A stretch of 61,165 bases of DNA, filler included, from Sphacelaria rigidula (Eukaryota), in NCBI GenBank assembly GCA_964200075.2. It is 5 parts of 5 records of this genome, joined end to end, with 100 filler letters (N's around TTAATTAATTAA, not from the genome) between each part and the next. Parts side by side here need not be neighbours in the genome. Positions count along the whole stretch, not along the records: positions 24,512 to 36,663 come from CAXNAA020004072.1; positions 36,764 to 48,914 come from CAXNAA020004073.1; 3 more parts are not named here. One strand, written 5' to 3'. The notes below the pieces were generated by a model. It was not told the DNA's origin and did not search any database. It saw nothing but the letters and a program-made list of their open reading frames with translations. A program made the position numbers and the translations under genes. Below are positions 25,790 through 39,306 of this stretch, piece by piece. Every line of letters starts with the position of its first letter. Position 1 is the first letter of the stretch.

Positions 25790-26333
25790 CAGTAGTAGGC
25801 GGTCTAACTGTTCATTTTGTGGCATTTTGTGATTTTTTCGTGTTTGACGATTTTCTCGGGCTCTTTCCGCTTGCCACCGCTCATCACACCGGGGATCTGA
25901 AGATATTTGTATCCGCTCCACATTCCAAAAAATATAATCATCTCTGCTCAATATTGAGGGACTCACGGGCTGAGCGGTCATCGGGTCCTGCCACGTTTCA
26001 GCCCAGATTCTCACTCTTCTGTAGTTTCGGTCGATCGAGCCTGTCCCGATCATATTTTTGAAGAAATGTACAGTTTTATTTTTTAGAAGTTCTGCTCACC
26101 CACTGCACTAAGGTCGACAAACTGTGTTTCACGGTCAATAACACCCACCTGATAACCGGGGTATTTTCTCGTTTTGCCCGAAAACACAACTGACACTGAC
26201 TTGGGCACTGTGTTTCAAGAATGATCTGTTTATTGTACCATAATCTACCGACGCTAGCAATTTCGAATTCTATCGAATTAGTACGCGAGGAAATGCCCAA
26301 AACACCCCTATATAGTTAGACTGCCCACTACTG
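25790..26333. mobile_element. Tc1/mariner-type MITE
   Basis: TA|CAGTAGTAGGCGGTCTAACT ... AGTTAGACTGCCCACTACTG|TA: 20-bp TIR with 2 mismatches and a TA target duplication. Confidence 0.8.
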
Positions 26334-27471
26334 TAGATGTCTTCGCTCTATTTCCAAATATAGGTTCACCTGTTTTTGTGAAGGTCAGACGTCTTGTCCA
26401 GCACAATCCAAGAGAGATGCGGGCGCTGATATGCCAAGATGAGAAGATAGGCTTTTTGATTCTTCGCTGAGTATATTACTGATGACGCCCCGATGTCGTT
26501 GCACTATAATATCACAAAAAGTACTCAAAACCAATCTTCACACCAAAAACTAAGGACCGTAAAAAGAGAGAGTGACTCGCGGGGGTGAATACAGAAAATC
26601 TTTCGGTCGTCACCTCTGTGTCTCTTCATCTCTTCAATCGTACTTGCCCACCTAACCTGTGATGTTAACTCTTAAAGAACCCACTCTTCAGTCGTCAAAC
26701 ACACCCAACAACTGGTTTATGCTGCACGAAGTCCAAAACATGATTGAAAGAGGCTATATTTCGTGAATCTGCCCTTCAGCATACCTCTTCTGCTCTGACC
26801 TTCCGATCCGGGATGCAAATTGTTTCTTACTTTTACTACTTCAACACAGAATACGTCAGCGTGTTTATGGCCCGTAGCCAGAATAATGCCCGCTGAGCCT
26901 TCAAACACCACAAGATCATCTCTGTATCCCGGACAAGGATTATTTTGTCATGTTTTACCCCGATACCCCGATGCATACATTCATATTTTCAAACTAGAAC
27001 TGGTTCAGTTCAAAACCATAAATCCTCCGAGAGCTTGGCTCACCACATCAGCCCTTCTGTGAACCTAAAGTTCATCTTTTGTTTAGATAAATTCGGTGAG
27101 CAAACTAATTAAAAACGCCAAAACTATGGTGAGCCTCAATACTTCCAATTGATACTCAAACCAGCTGCTCCAAATCCTTGAGTACGACACAATAGACCCC
27201 CAAGAAATGCAATATGCACTATTTTACCCTGATTTCTTTACCCCAAACTCCCCAAATCGGTTCCCTTCCTCAAAGATGCTGCCTGTGTTCAACCTATACA
27301 ATTATTCGAACAGTAAACTTCAAAGTAAAACCGAGAAAAACACGCCAACTAAGGTAAGAAAATTAGTTAAGTCATTTCATCGTTCTCCTGGCACAGCTTC
27401 ATCTCCTTCTCGTTGTCGTGTACCGATGCCAAAACCACCCCCAATTATCTAAAATCTTGTGATGTCCGTCT

Positions 27472-30400
27472 TCAATTCCGATGATAGTCGATGGTCTCCT
27501 TCAGCGTTCCAGCTACAGCGTATGTGCAACGAATTTTGAACTCCCGCGCTGCCCATGAACATGCCAGCACCAATCCCCCACTTGATTCCTCGATGCGTTC
27601 AAATTTTTCCGGTGAGAGGTGAACGTTGTACCTCTTTCCCAAATCCAATATCCTCAAAGTGTGCGGGCGCCTTTGTAATGCCGCATCCTCTTGGAGACCC
27701 ATTACCTGGGCTAGAAGCCATCCTGTCGTCTGCATTCGATAATATATATAACAACCGACAATTTGCGGGTCATACGCATGAGGACCAGCGGTGACATTGC
27801 TTCTCAACTCATAGCCTTGAGCCACAAACATATCTCCCCGTTCTCTAGCCTCCGCTCGTCTTGCCAAATTCATGTGGTATTTTCGGTACTTCGAGTTGTC
27901 TGGCTTCTCCATTCTGGGATTCCCATCCAGTACGTCAAAATTACCCGTCCATATTGTTTTATGTCCTCCTCATGTTCCCACCTGGGCCTCTCCACATTCT
28001 CCCAATATAATAGATACTGAACTGAGAGTTTTCCCCCCAGACCACGAGATACACGGTGACTCACAATCTTTGTGAGCTTCAGCTTATACGTGTCCAGCTG
28101 TATCGACACATCTTCCTCGGTTAGATGTAACGGAAATGATGGTTCCGAATATTGATTCAACACATACTGACTTAGCCCCCAGGGTGGAGACTTCGGCGGC
28201 TCCGGTTCATCTTTTGGATTGAAGCACCGCTTACATCTCAACACGGAAACTCGGGGACTCATGATTGCCCCTGGCTCATTTTTCCGGAGTTCAAGCAACA
28301 GTCGTTTTTCTCCCACTAGCCCACCCTTTTCCGAAATACCTGGTCCCACCACCAAGGTTTTATACGGCCCTCGCCAAGAATGCGACAGTTTCGACGATAA
28401 GGCTGTTTTTCTCCCTTCGCGTACCGCAGTTCCCCCTGACATGATAGTACCCTTGGTGTCATACACAAAAACCCCATTGCCTACCTCCCTGCTCATTATT
28501 TGCCTTGTGTTTGGATTTTATCAGAAAGTCCTCTTGTCTCACAAGATCGTATGCTTTGGTTTGACAATCCTTCATCAACTGCAAATATTCGAGTTGGTCC
28601 GCCTTCAGCCCTTGGTGTCCTACCGCACCCCTCCTTTCTAGTATGGTCATGGGTAACCTTGGATATCTCCCGATATGCACCTCGTCCGGCGCTAACCCTA
28701 TTCCTCTACTTACATTGTCGTTATGTGCAGAAATTGCGTGTAACAATAGCTTGTCCCAGTCTTTCTGGTCATCTGCAGCTAGGTACGACAACATCTGACA
28801 TAGCGTGTGGTTCAGTCGCTCCGCCATCCCGTTAGTTCGTGGATGATACGCGCTCGTGTATCGTTTCACGGCTCCCAACATCTCATAGACTATCCCTGCC
28901 ACTTTTGCTGTAAATTTCGTTCCTCGATCCGACAATAACGTGTGAGGACATCCCCATCTCGGAATGTAGTCGTGCGCTAGAATATTTGCACAACCTTCCG
29001 CTGTTTTCTATTCTTTGGTAAGAGCATACGCTTCCGCATGTCTACTAAACAGATCCACCATCAAGAGAATGTACGTATTCCCCTTTGTTGATTTTGGTAA
29101 CGGGCCCAACAAATCAAACGAAACCATATGCCCTGGTTGACTCGGCAGTGGTAAGGAAATAAGTGGCCACCTTATTGTGTCTCTAGATTTTTCCGAGCTT
29201 GACATGTATAACATCTCCTGATCCAGAATTTAACAATGTCCTTCATCCCAATCCACCAGTAATACCGTTTCAACAAAGATAACGCGATACCTTCCTCCAA
29301 ATGAATTGCTTCTTAGTGAGTTTGGTCCATTAACCAAGGTCTCAAAAGTAGTGGCACAGACGTTCTGGTTTGCCCTTCTCCCAAATACCTCTGAAATTGT
29401 CCCGGGTTTCGGTCCAGTTGACTGGGCATTGGTGTCTGCCTTTTTACTAATACTAAACCTCCGTCCGATATTTCTTCAACTGTTCCCTGTTTCAGTAATC
29501 TTGTGAACTCGGATAGGTCAATTCGTGTGGGAACCCCCTTTTCTTGATCCTTCGTCAACACCGTCACTCGTTTTTTCAAATATTCGATGGCTGCTCTCGA
29601 CGTGGAATCACCCTGCTGTATTTGAGCCCAATCGTTTGCCGATTTCTGACATGAACGTTCCCCAAAATGACAGGCTTCTTCTGCTTCCAGAGTCGGTGGT
29701 ACCGTTGTTAATGGCCCCGCACTACTACTTCCTTCATTGGTCGTGGGTTCAATGATTAACACGGCTCTATGTTCTTGAGGTTGTAGCAGTCTTCTCCCAA
29801 CTTCCGTGATCGGACATGCATCCAAAGTCAAACCTTGTTTCCATTGTCCTCTGATCATATGACTAATCTGTGGAGAAGTTAATGGTGTATCATCCTGTAC
29901 CACGTACGAAGACTTGTTCACTTTTCCACTTTCCACCTGTGCACTACTACTATTCCTCGCTCTTAGTGCTCGATCCATTTTAGGTCAGCTTTTTCAGAGG
30001 TCGTGAGCGGTGCTGCACTTACTTCTTTTCCCCTAATATTAAAAACCGATCCAGGGTCTAGCCCATTCAAGTTTGAATCGTGGGTACTCACTACCGACCC
30101 TATATGTCCATCCCTGGTCGAATTTTTAACAATTCTCAGCCATATTCCACCAGCGCCAATCAAATAGACATCCATGTCTCCCGGGTCCGTTATTCGGGTA
30201 TCCTCAGACATATCATCATCATCCGACGGCTGTGGTAAACGAGACAACATATCCGCATTCGCGTTCAGGCGTCCTGGCTTGTACCTAATTTCATCAGTTT
30301 ACGCACTTAAAAAGTCGTGCCAGCGCTGAACTCTCGGAATCTTTTCTGCAAGGCTCAATAAATTTCGCAAGGGTTGGTGATCAGTATAGATTTCAAACGG

Positions 30401-33400
30401 CACTCCGTAGAATAGTGGTCTGTTCTTTTTGATAGCCCACACAATAGCCGCTGCCTCTAATTCGGACACACTCCAATTTCTTTCGTTGGGGAGTGTTCCT
30501 CGAGTAAGAAAAATAAGAGGTCGAAACGTGTTATCCTCTTGGCGTTGTTCCACCACCGCGCCCAAACCATCCAGAGATGCATCCGTGGTGAGCATAAATG
30601 GGCGTTTTCCCAACGCTGCGTCTTCGGAGTTCGGAAATGCTAAAACGTTCGTACCGGTCAAGGATGATAACATCTCCTTGGCTATCGTTTCATGTTCTTG
30701 AGTAAACTGAAACCTAACCCCCTTCTTCAATAATTGCGTGAGAAGTTTTAGTCTCGCAGCCATTCTCGGAATAAACTTACGGTAGTATCCCAAACCTCCC
30801 AGAAGTGATCTGAAGTGAGATACATCGGCTGGCATTGGCATCCTGATGAAAGCCTGCACCTTGTCCTGATCAAGAGAAATCCCCTCAGCCGATATGTGAT
30901 GTCCCAGAACTTTTGTTTCTTTCATCCCAACATGTGCTTTTTTCGGTGCCAACTTGAGGTTGTACTTGGTCAGTCGTTGAAAAAGACCCCCCAAGTCATC
31001 TACATGTTGTCTACCTGTTCCACTGAACGTACACACATCATCCATATATAGACGGCATCGTTCCAACCCATCACATGTTCTCGCCATGATTGCCTGAAAC
31101 CAACCTGGACTTCCACTGCACCCCATCGGCATAACTAATCATTCATAGAGACCACTCTGCGTACAAATCGCCGTTAACGGGATTGAGTCTTGATGTATAG
31201 CCACATTAAAGTGACCCGAAGTGATGTCCAAACATGACAATATTTTGGCGCCCCCTAATTCATCCAAACGTTCCTCGATAATCGGAATGGGCAACACCAG
31301 AATTATTGTTCTGTCATTCAGCTCGTTGTAGTTGCACGTAATTCGAATGGACCCATCCGCTTTGTTCACAACCACGAGCGGACTACTCCAGTTTCGAATA
31401 TGATCTCCTTAGAATGCCTGTTGCGAGCATGCGGTCAATTTTCACTTGTACCTTCTTTTGAACCGCCGGATTGTGACGATACGGGAGCTGTTTGACAGGC
31501 CTTATCCCCGGTTTGAGTTCAATCCTGAACATACCCATCGGGCAATACCCCAAATCTATTTTGTCCTTTGAAAATCGATGTGAATATTTGCACAAAAGTT
31601 CCCCCAACTTTTCAGTGTCCTCAACTGGCCAATGTGCGCCTTCCAACCCGAACTTCATTTTTCGCATATGTGCGGGAAGCTTCATCCACATATCTCTGAA
31701 TGCTCGTTGTTGTTCATTTGTCAAACCTGCCAAAACCGGAGGATCCTCTAAATTTTGGTCAACCGTGAATATCTCCTCGGGTTTCAGATTCTTTGTTTCA
31801 GAAACCTTAACGTCCTTCAGAGAGCATGGTACCAAAGGTGCCCCCGCTGAACCTAGAGTGGTGTTCGGATGCAACATCTGTCCTTCTAAACCGGTATATC
31901 GGACAGGGATAATGGATTCACCTGCTTCTATGATAATCTCATGTGGGGACCAATCTGGGTCCAGAGATACATAATAACATCCACTTTCGATGGGCGTTCC
32001 GTCCATGTTACTTAGTTTTACCGGAATCCATGACAATCTATCCGGTCGTATATTATCATGAGACCCATCGTATACTACCATAACTTGAGCTGTTGCCGAT
32101 TTCTGCTCCACAAAACCAACAGCTGTGCGGACTTGTTCCGCAAACGCACGATTAACATAGTCACTGTTGTTTCCTTGCAAGGTCATGACTGTTTCTCGTC
32201 GGTTTACATCACGATACGCTCTGACAGGGAATAATCCGAGGCCATCACGTCCTACTAGAATGTCATGATTCATTGTTCCATCAGGTACCACATGGGCGTA
32301 AATTGCTAAACATGCTCGTCCGTTCTGAACTGACACTCGTGGGTTGGGTCTTCTAGGCCACAGTCTGATATTCAACCGCACCTGTGCAGAAGTACACAAC
32401 GGGACACCATTAAAACCACCCCAGGACACCGGGTCTATCTCCCGGACGCCTTCAATGGTGACTGCCCCAACATCAACCATTTTCTTCCATATTGAGTAAT
32501 GAACAAACGTCGCCGGGCTCCCTGTGTCCACCAAAGCCTTTACCTCCAATGTTCTAGTTGCCTTTGGTCCAGAAAATATTTGCGCCAAAGTCGAACTTTC
32601 TTTGCGGTTCAAACTCACTTCCCCTCCCATTACTTGGTTAATTTCTTCCAAGTAACGACCTTTCTTTCCTCGCGCTACCTGACTAGATATTGTCGCTGGT
32701 ACGCGGGCGGAGACTGGTCCGGTAGGCAAACGACTTCCACTTCTGGGGTCCAATGCATAAATATTTTCTGCTTGGGTCCCCCTTGGTTCGTTGCCTTTTT
32801 CTACAGCTACCCTACGCACTACGTAACACGAAGATTCATCACAATCTGTTTGTCGTGAAATATCCTGGGATTCTCGAGCGGTTCTATCGGGGGAATCAAT
32901 AGTCATGCATGCCTACACATCGTTCCCGTTGTCAGACGATCCACTTTGGTGTACGGTTGCCAGATCGAGAGTAGGACCAGCCAAGCTTGATCCCCCCTGA
33001 TTCTAATTGCTGTTGCCCCGACCGTCGTAAGCTGTTGAGCTACGAACATCGTGATCTCTGGTTGGAGAAATTTCACCTTCACCTACTTCAATGCTACTGA
33101 TTGTCGAAGTGGTGCGTTTTGTCTCTTCATGCACAGTGGAAATCTCGGCGGGACAATTCGCTTCTTCCCCTACCGGAGCATTACTATTATCCCGGCTGCT
33201 GCGGGCAGACTTGCCGTGAGTCGTCGAAAATTTAGTTTCAGCGGGAGTAATGTCACTTCGACCAACCAGGTTCCTACTATTACTGTTGTTCCTGCCAATG
33301 CGAGTCGTTTTGTCTCGCACGGTAGAACATACGGCGGTACGATCTCTGCGTGTGTTCCCCCGTCCAAATGGGTATCAAGGGCTACGTTCAGTACTAACTC

Positions 33401-36400
33401 GATCACGCGGTTCACCTGCCCCACCCTGGATGCCTACGTTTTCTACTGGGTGATCTTTATTCTGCGACTGTACAATCGCATCGGGTCCATCCAAAACCCT
33501 AGCTACAACCGACGGTTCGAATGATTCATCTCGGTCGCCTGCCTTTGCACTCGATGTTTTACTTTCACATAAAATATCGCTTAGATTTTGTGCGCAACTA
33601 GGGGAGCGACCCCCAGCCGATGCACTATTCCGACGGCCAGACTGAAATGCCTCACAAGATTTCCACGCTAAGGCCCCACTTGCACCCGTCTGCATTAAAG
33701 TGTCTACAGACTGGCTGACACTCTGATGTGTACAGGATTGTGATGTTTTTCCAACCTTCGAATTGCCTTCCCTCGGATGATCAGTCCTTACGTTGGATTT
33801 CAGTGTTCCATCGGCACCACAATTCTTACCCGGTGGGAACGTTTTCCCTCGTCCCCCCAAGTAGTAGTCTTCCCGCGCAGACGAGACCCAGTGTCGACAT
33901 TAGTATTCGCAGTTTTTGCGAGAGGGTCAGGTCCTCCACTACTTGATACGGGCTGAAGTGCAATCGATGAACTGGCCCGATTTTCATCATTGCACCTTCA
34001 AGGTTTGTTTCTATTACGATGGTACGCACACAGGCGGTGCTGCCATCGTCGCCATTTTTCATAAATTTCTTGTGGGGACCCTTCCCCGATTTCATGGTGA
34101 ATAATGCCTGATTTGTTCATGAATTCTTGCGGACAGTCTCGGGCCAGAAGGTGTTCCGAGCTACTGCAATTCAAACAGAAAGGACCGAATGCTTTACGCG
34201 CTGCGTCTTTTGCTTCACGAGAGTGAAAATGGTTCGTAAAAGAGAGGATCTCTACCCTTTCTCCTGAAACGGTGGTTATCTGACCAACGGAGTTTACATG
34301 CTGCATTTCTGTGTCTTCCTCTTGGTACGCCTCGTCAATGCCCATGACTCCCCCAAAACGTTTGCTATGCAACGTTTTGGCAAAGTGTCTGGCCCTGGTT
34401 GTTACACCTCCGACACTACCTGTGCCGAAACGCTTAGATTCTGCAGCCACCGAGGTGTTTGTATCAAAATCTCGAAGAGTGTTCATCATCTGCTCAACAT
34501 AATTAAAGGGGAGAGGTTGATGGTGTCTGCCCCCAACCGCCTGTGCACTAATATTGGGGAATTGATCATCAGTGTCATGTTTCACCGCTGATTGGATGGA
34601 GCCATTTCCCGGGGCCAGTTCTCGACCAACACTTTGCACGTTCGCCACTAACAGTCTCAGCTCAGATAAATAGGTTGCAAAAGCGGTTCCCGGTTCCACG
34701 GTAAAATTTACCAACAAACCCATGGCACCAGCTTTTTCCGAGTCGTATTTTGTCGTTTCATAAAAGCCACTCCCACAAGGGTGCGCCGGACTTTGACCTC
34801 GGCGGCCCCGTGTTAAAGATCCTTCCGACCCCCCACCAATTCTCCCGCCACCTCTAGCCGCACGAAATTTGTATCCTCCCGCACGTAACTCGCGTCTTGC
34901 AGTACGAGACAGCAAATCGGGGAACGCAAACATTGGAGGCAAAGACACAGGAGTTGGTTTGCTGGCTGCAGCGGGGGTTGACTTCACTGCCTGCGCACAT
35001 GACCGCGATGTCTTTCCTACCAACTGCCCCTCTCTTTCAGCCTCCTGTTTAACTACTGGGGCAGGCTTGGCGGGGTTAGCTACCCGAGCCGTCTCAACAG
35101 CTGGAATTTCAGAAAGCCATTTAGCCAGGGCTTCATCCTCCTTTATTGTCGCTGCTAACTGTCTGCTCCTACGAGCCGTCGCACGGAGTTCGGCATTATG
35201 CAAAACCCGAGCGAGGGTCTCGTCTCCGTCCGTGTCCTGACCGTCTAGGGATGACGGACTACTTGCAGGATTTGACCGCTCAACGCAAGTCGCGTGCCCT
35301 TCATCAACTCTAGCTACAGCAGCCGCTGTGCCGAGGATGGATTTACCCTCTCTGGTTTCTTCATCAGCCAACATGGACCTCTTCAGAACCAACGGAATGG
35401 GGGTATAGACCCCCCCCGGCGCAGCGACCGTCTTGCATGAGCGACCTCCATCATGGGCGTCAAATCCCAACACTCGGCATCTATCCGCATGCGACAAAGA
35501 GTCCAATAGTTGACGGACATGTTCCACCACATCAAACACTACTGCACGATGTTCGTCAACCCTTGCAAAGATGTTTTCAAAAAGAGCACACTCATTTTCC
35601 ACTACCATACACGGTTTCGTTATCTCGATGGCCGTCGCAGCCGGAGTAGTCATCGTGTTTGCTGGGCTGGCGGAACGAGCCTCCTCGGGGCGCGTGGTGC
35701 TTGGAACCATCACCCCCGGCAGTCCGATCACCGACGAGTTCGGCGATTTGCCGCCAACGATCGTGCAAGCATCAGTGTCTGCAGAGGCATGTACATTACC
35801 ATCAACGGAGGTAGCGCGCATGGTCATTAACGGTTCTGGTGACATTTCACGGTGTTGTCCGGGCAACGAAAAACAATAAACCGACTGAAAACCTTGATCT
35901 GTCTGATTCGTTTGTTCTGCTTTTACTGAAGCAGCATCTGCCCCCTGCGTTCCAATAAATTTCCTCGGTTCTTGACTCGAACGTGCCATGCTACCATCGC
36001 TTCCTTCAATGTCAGACAGGATCTATCGCAGTTGTGACTCCGTTTTGGGGAGTATCACAATCTGTTGAACTATTCCAGATGCAGTCAATTTTCGACCACC
36101 TTGTTCTACTCTTGACTTGTAAAGGTGGACCACTGAGCCACCCTGAGGCTCCCTCGAGTCTGAACATGTTTCGCTGTTCTGCTCGTCGTTTCCATCCTGT
36201 TCATCATGAAATTTGGACAGTGGTACCTGGGTACTTTCTATCATTTCGGCATCACCACCAAAGTTTGCCTGATCACCCACAATCATGTCATCCGTGTTCG
36301 TGGGTGACTGAAAATTGCTATCAGCAAGCATGTTGTTCACATCACCGGGTGGTTCAACTCTAACACCAGCAAGCATTTCGTTTCCATCGGTGGGCGCCCT

Positions 36401-36580
36401 CACATTGCTACCCACCAGCGTGTCATACACGGCACTGGGCAGTTGTGAAGTTTCAATATTATGGCGTGACACAGTGGACATTTTACTGTCCGATTCAACA
36501 GAGGCTGGGCCAAACGGCGTTTCTACGGTCCGCTTTTGTCCCTCTCTGTCGACAACATTTCAAGGGTCGGACAAATCATG
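27472..36580 (-). mobile_element. Degenerate chromodomain-bearing Ty3/Gypsy element
   Basis: gag 33998-35989 (CLNCSSSEHLLARDC knuckle), PR LVDTGS (~32525), RT YMDD (~31040), RNase H TDAS/YTDH, IN FDLLGPLP, SDRG, NGMAERLN, WRGPY, then a chromodomain; several stops. Confidence 0.93.
27950..28095 (-). other. Chromodomain-like segment at the integrase C-terminus
   Basis: KIVSHRVSRGLGGKLSVQYLLYWENVERPRWEHEEDI fits the chromodomain pattern I..HR....YL..W......WE.EE. Confidence 0.7.
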
Positions 36581-36663
36581 ATTCGTCTAGAAACTACTTG
36601 GTTTTGGTATGATGAGTCGACTCGTGACGAATCAATCTCTAGGCCTTATTTCAGCGTTGCAAG

Positions 36664-36763
36664 NNNNNNNNNNNNNNNNNNNNNNNNNNNNNNNNNNNNN
36701 NNNNNNNTTAATTAATTAANNNNNNNNNNNNNNNNNNNNNNNNNNNNNNNNNNNNNNNNNNNN
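36664..36763. other. Artificial scaffold linker
   Basis: N44-TTAATTAATTAA-N44. Confidence 0.97.
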
Positions 36764-37488
36764 GAAGCACGCCTTATTACCGCTCTCGTTGCTTCGGCGG
36801 TGCTGCTCTCGAGTCAGACGCGTACTTCATTCGTACGCGTACGTACGGGAATCCAGGTATGCTCGAGATGCATCGACTCGATGTACCGTCGTTCAGGTGA
36901 TCGCTACAACTCGCTGGAAATACACAGGTCCCCGATCAGAGAAGCAAAGCTGACGAAGTCTTGTCTTCAACTGCGTTGTGTCAAAGCGACAATTGCCGGC
37001 AGACCTGCAACACAGTGCTCACATACAGTCTCTGCCGACATGCTGCTGCCCAGCGCATCTGTCCACCACCACTGACTGAGTAGAATATGCGGACAATGTC
37101 TCGCTCGACGTCCGTCTCACCGATCGATCGGCCTTCGTCCATGCATGCATGTAGCACTCAAGGCAATGTTTGGCCACGGAACGCAGACTCACCAGAGTGG
37201 TCATGCAGGGCGGGCAGGTAGTGTCTTGCTCGCATCCGGGACAGTGAAACTTCCTCAATCCGTCGAGGGGGCCAGGGTGGTAGCCTGCATCACGAAGGAT
37301 GTGAACAAGGGGGGAGAGGCAGGACGCATCGCGAGGCGACAGTGTGTTTTGCACATTGTCAGTCATTCACTCGATTTGACTTGCTCGAGCTGTTTTTCCA
37401 GTGGAGAACATGGTTTCGAGCGTGGGCGGCAGCAGTATGCTCGGCCGTCTCGAGGACGTGAGATAGTCTACCTGAAGGGCGAGAAACC
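36764..37488 (+). repeat. Direct repeat copy A (empty MITE site), homologous to 41318-42258
   Basis: Near-identical to 41318-42258 apart from a few substitutions and the MITE insertion in copy B. Confidence 0.92.
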
Positions 37489-37568
37489 TAAGGCGAAAAT
37501 CCCGCATATTCATGCGGCGCGTTTCATGTACGGGCGGCAGCGACACATAGCAGGTATCTGGAAGCTGG

Positions 37569-37773
37569 TGTAATGCGTGAGAGGACCGCGTGCTTAGAGG
37601 ACCGCATCGGAATTTGAACATCCCCATGGTGAGGGTTAGGATTAGTGTTGGGGTTATGGTCAGGGGCGTGGTACCTGCAGGGACTGGCCCGATTGGTTTA
37701 GAAAAACAGCGACCCTGAGGTGTTTTGAACTGTGGCGCGATCCTCTAAGCACGCGGTCCTCTCACGCATTACA
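37569..37773 (+). mobile_element. Telomere-repeat MITE, copy 2
   Basis: 37-bp TIRs; TSD GCTGG/GGTGG. Confidence 0.9.
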
Positions 37774-38078
37774 GGTGGTACAATGAATACACGCCGCAGC
37801 TTACTCACGACAAGCACTCATGTTCCGCGAGTGTTTCGTAGTCCTAGAAGCCCCATCCGCCATCGCTAGCGTTGGCCGTATGCTGTCGTTACGCGTCACC
37901 ACGTACCACCACATGCACCACAGGTCGATGGGGTGTGAACCCCATCGTAGCCTTTCATTGCGCGTGTGGATAGTTGTAACATGTGTTTGCGGCATGATAT
38001 TTCGGGTGGTCGTCGGCGCGTACATGGGTGGAACAAATGAGAGACGATAACGTGACGATGTTTGCTCCGTGGGAAGTG

Positions 38079-38558
38079 TCAGTTCCATACAGACTTCAAA
38101 TGACAGCCTCTGCTGCAGTATTTTCGTGGACGCGCGTACTCACCACACACATGGCAGGGGTCCCTGTCTATCCAGGAGTACCCTTCGGAGCCGTACTCGG
38201 TAAGCGGTATCTCTGGTGGGTTGACCTCGAGCCGATATTTAGTCTTTCCTTTGAGCAACATTCTCCCTAAGAACCTCGACGCCTGTGGGGACAGTTGCCG
38301 ATCGCATTTCGCATATCTTGGCTTGTTGTCGTCGTCGCTGTCATCGTCAATGTCGACTTCGCTACCGGTGGTGGTGCCAGTGCTAGTGCCGTTGCTCCTG
38401 CTGCTGCTGCTTCTGCTACTGCTGCCAGTGTTGATGATCCTGGGTGCCGCGAACTGCCCCACGGGATCGCCGAAAATGCCTTCAAGTCGTTTTCCACAGG
38501 TGCGGCACATGTAGTATTCGATACCCGCTATTTCCTGGTGATCGGCGAGGCAAACCAT
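38079..38558 (-). pseudogene. Cys-rich ORF or exon ending in a MYND-like zinc finger fragment
   Basis: CRTC, a Ser/Asp-rich linker, then CHVC..KYCSRGCHLKSVWN*H, resembling the MYND C-terminal half (YCS..C...W..H). Confidence 0.35.
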
Positions 38559-38639
38559 GGCAACAGCAGAGGTTGTTGTCTTGGTGAATGTGTGGGCGGG
38601 GGGGTCAGCTATGGATCACACACATGGAATGCCGAACCC

Positions 38640-38846
38640 TGTAATGCATGGGTGGACCGTTGGAGGACCGCATCGAAATTCGAGCATCCCTATGGTTAGG
38701 GTTAGGGTTAGGGTTAGGGCTGGGGTTAGGGTCAGGAGCGTGTCCTCTGCAGGGATTGGCCTGTGACTTGTTTTGAAAAACGTCGACCCTGAGGTGGTTT
38801 GAGCTACGGCGGGTCCCCTAAGCACGTGGTCCTCTCACGCATTACA
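38640..38846 (+). mobile_element. Telomere-repeat MITE, copy 3
   Basis: Diverged TIRs; four tandem TTAGGG; flanks ACCC/ACCC (4-bp match). Confidence 0.85.
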
Positions 38847-39095
38847 ACCCGCTCCACGTATGTGTAACCTATCGCGCATAAAGCGGTAAAAAAGAAAATT
38901 CAAACTTCTGGGGACCTGACAACAGCTAGTCGAAGGGGGTGGTCGAGTAACATTGTATAATCACATTTCGACATGTAACTCAGCTCAAGTAGAAGTCTCG
39001 AAAGACGGAGAGCTCAGCAACCGTTCGGCAATCTTGTGGTTGGCGATACTACATACCAGTGCATTTTTGTTTTTTCGTCGTCACTTCGAACCCCC

Positions 39096-39306
39096 TGTAA
39101 TGCGTGAGAGGACCGCGTGCTCAGAGGACCGCGCCGTAATTTAAAACACCTCAGGATCGACGTTTTTCAAAACCAATCGGGCCAGTCCCTGCAGGTACCA
39201 TGCCCCTGGCTTGAACCCCAACACTAACCCTGACCCTAACCCTAACCCTAGGGATGTTCGAATTCCGATGCGGTCCTCTAAGCTCGCGGTTCTCTCACGC
39301 ATTACA
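39096..39306 (-). mobile_element. Telomere-repeat MITE, copy 4 (inverted)
   Basis: TIRs; CCCTAA tract; TSD CCCCC/CTCCC. Confidence 0.88.
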
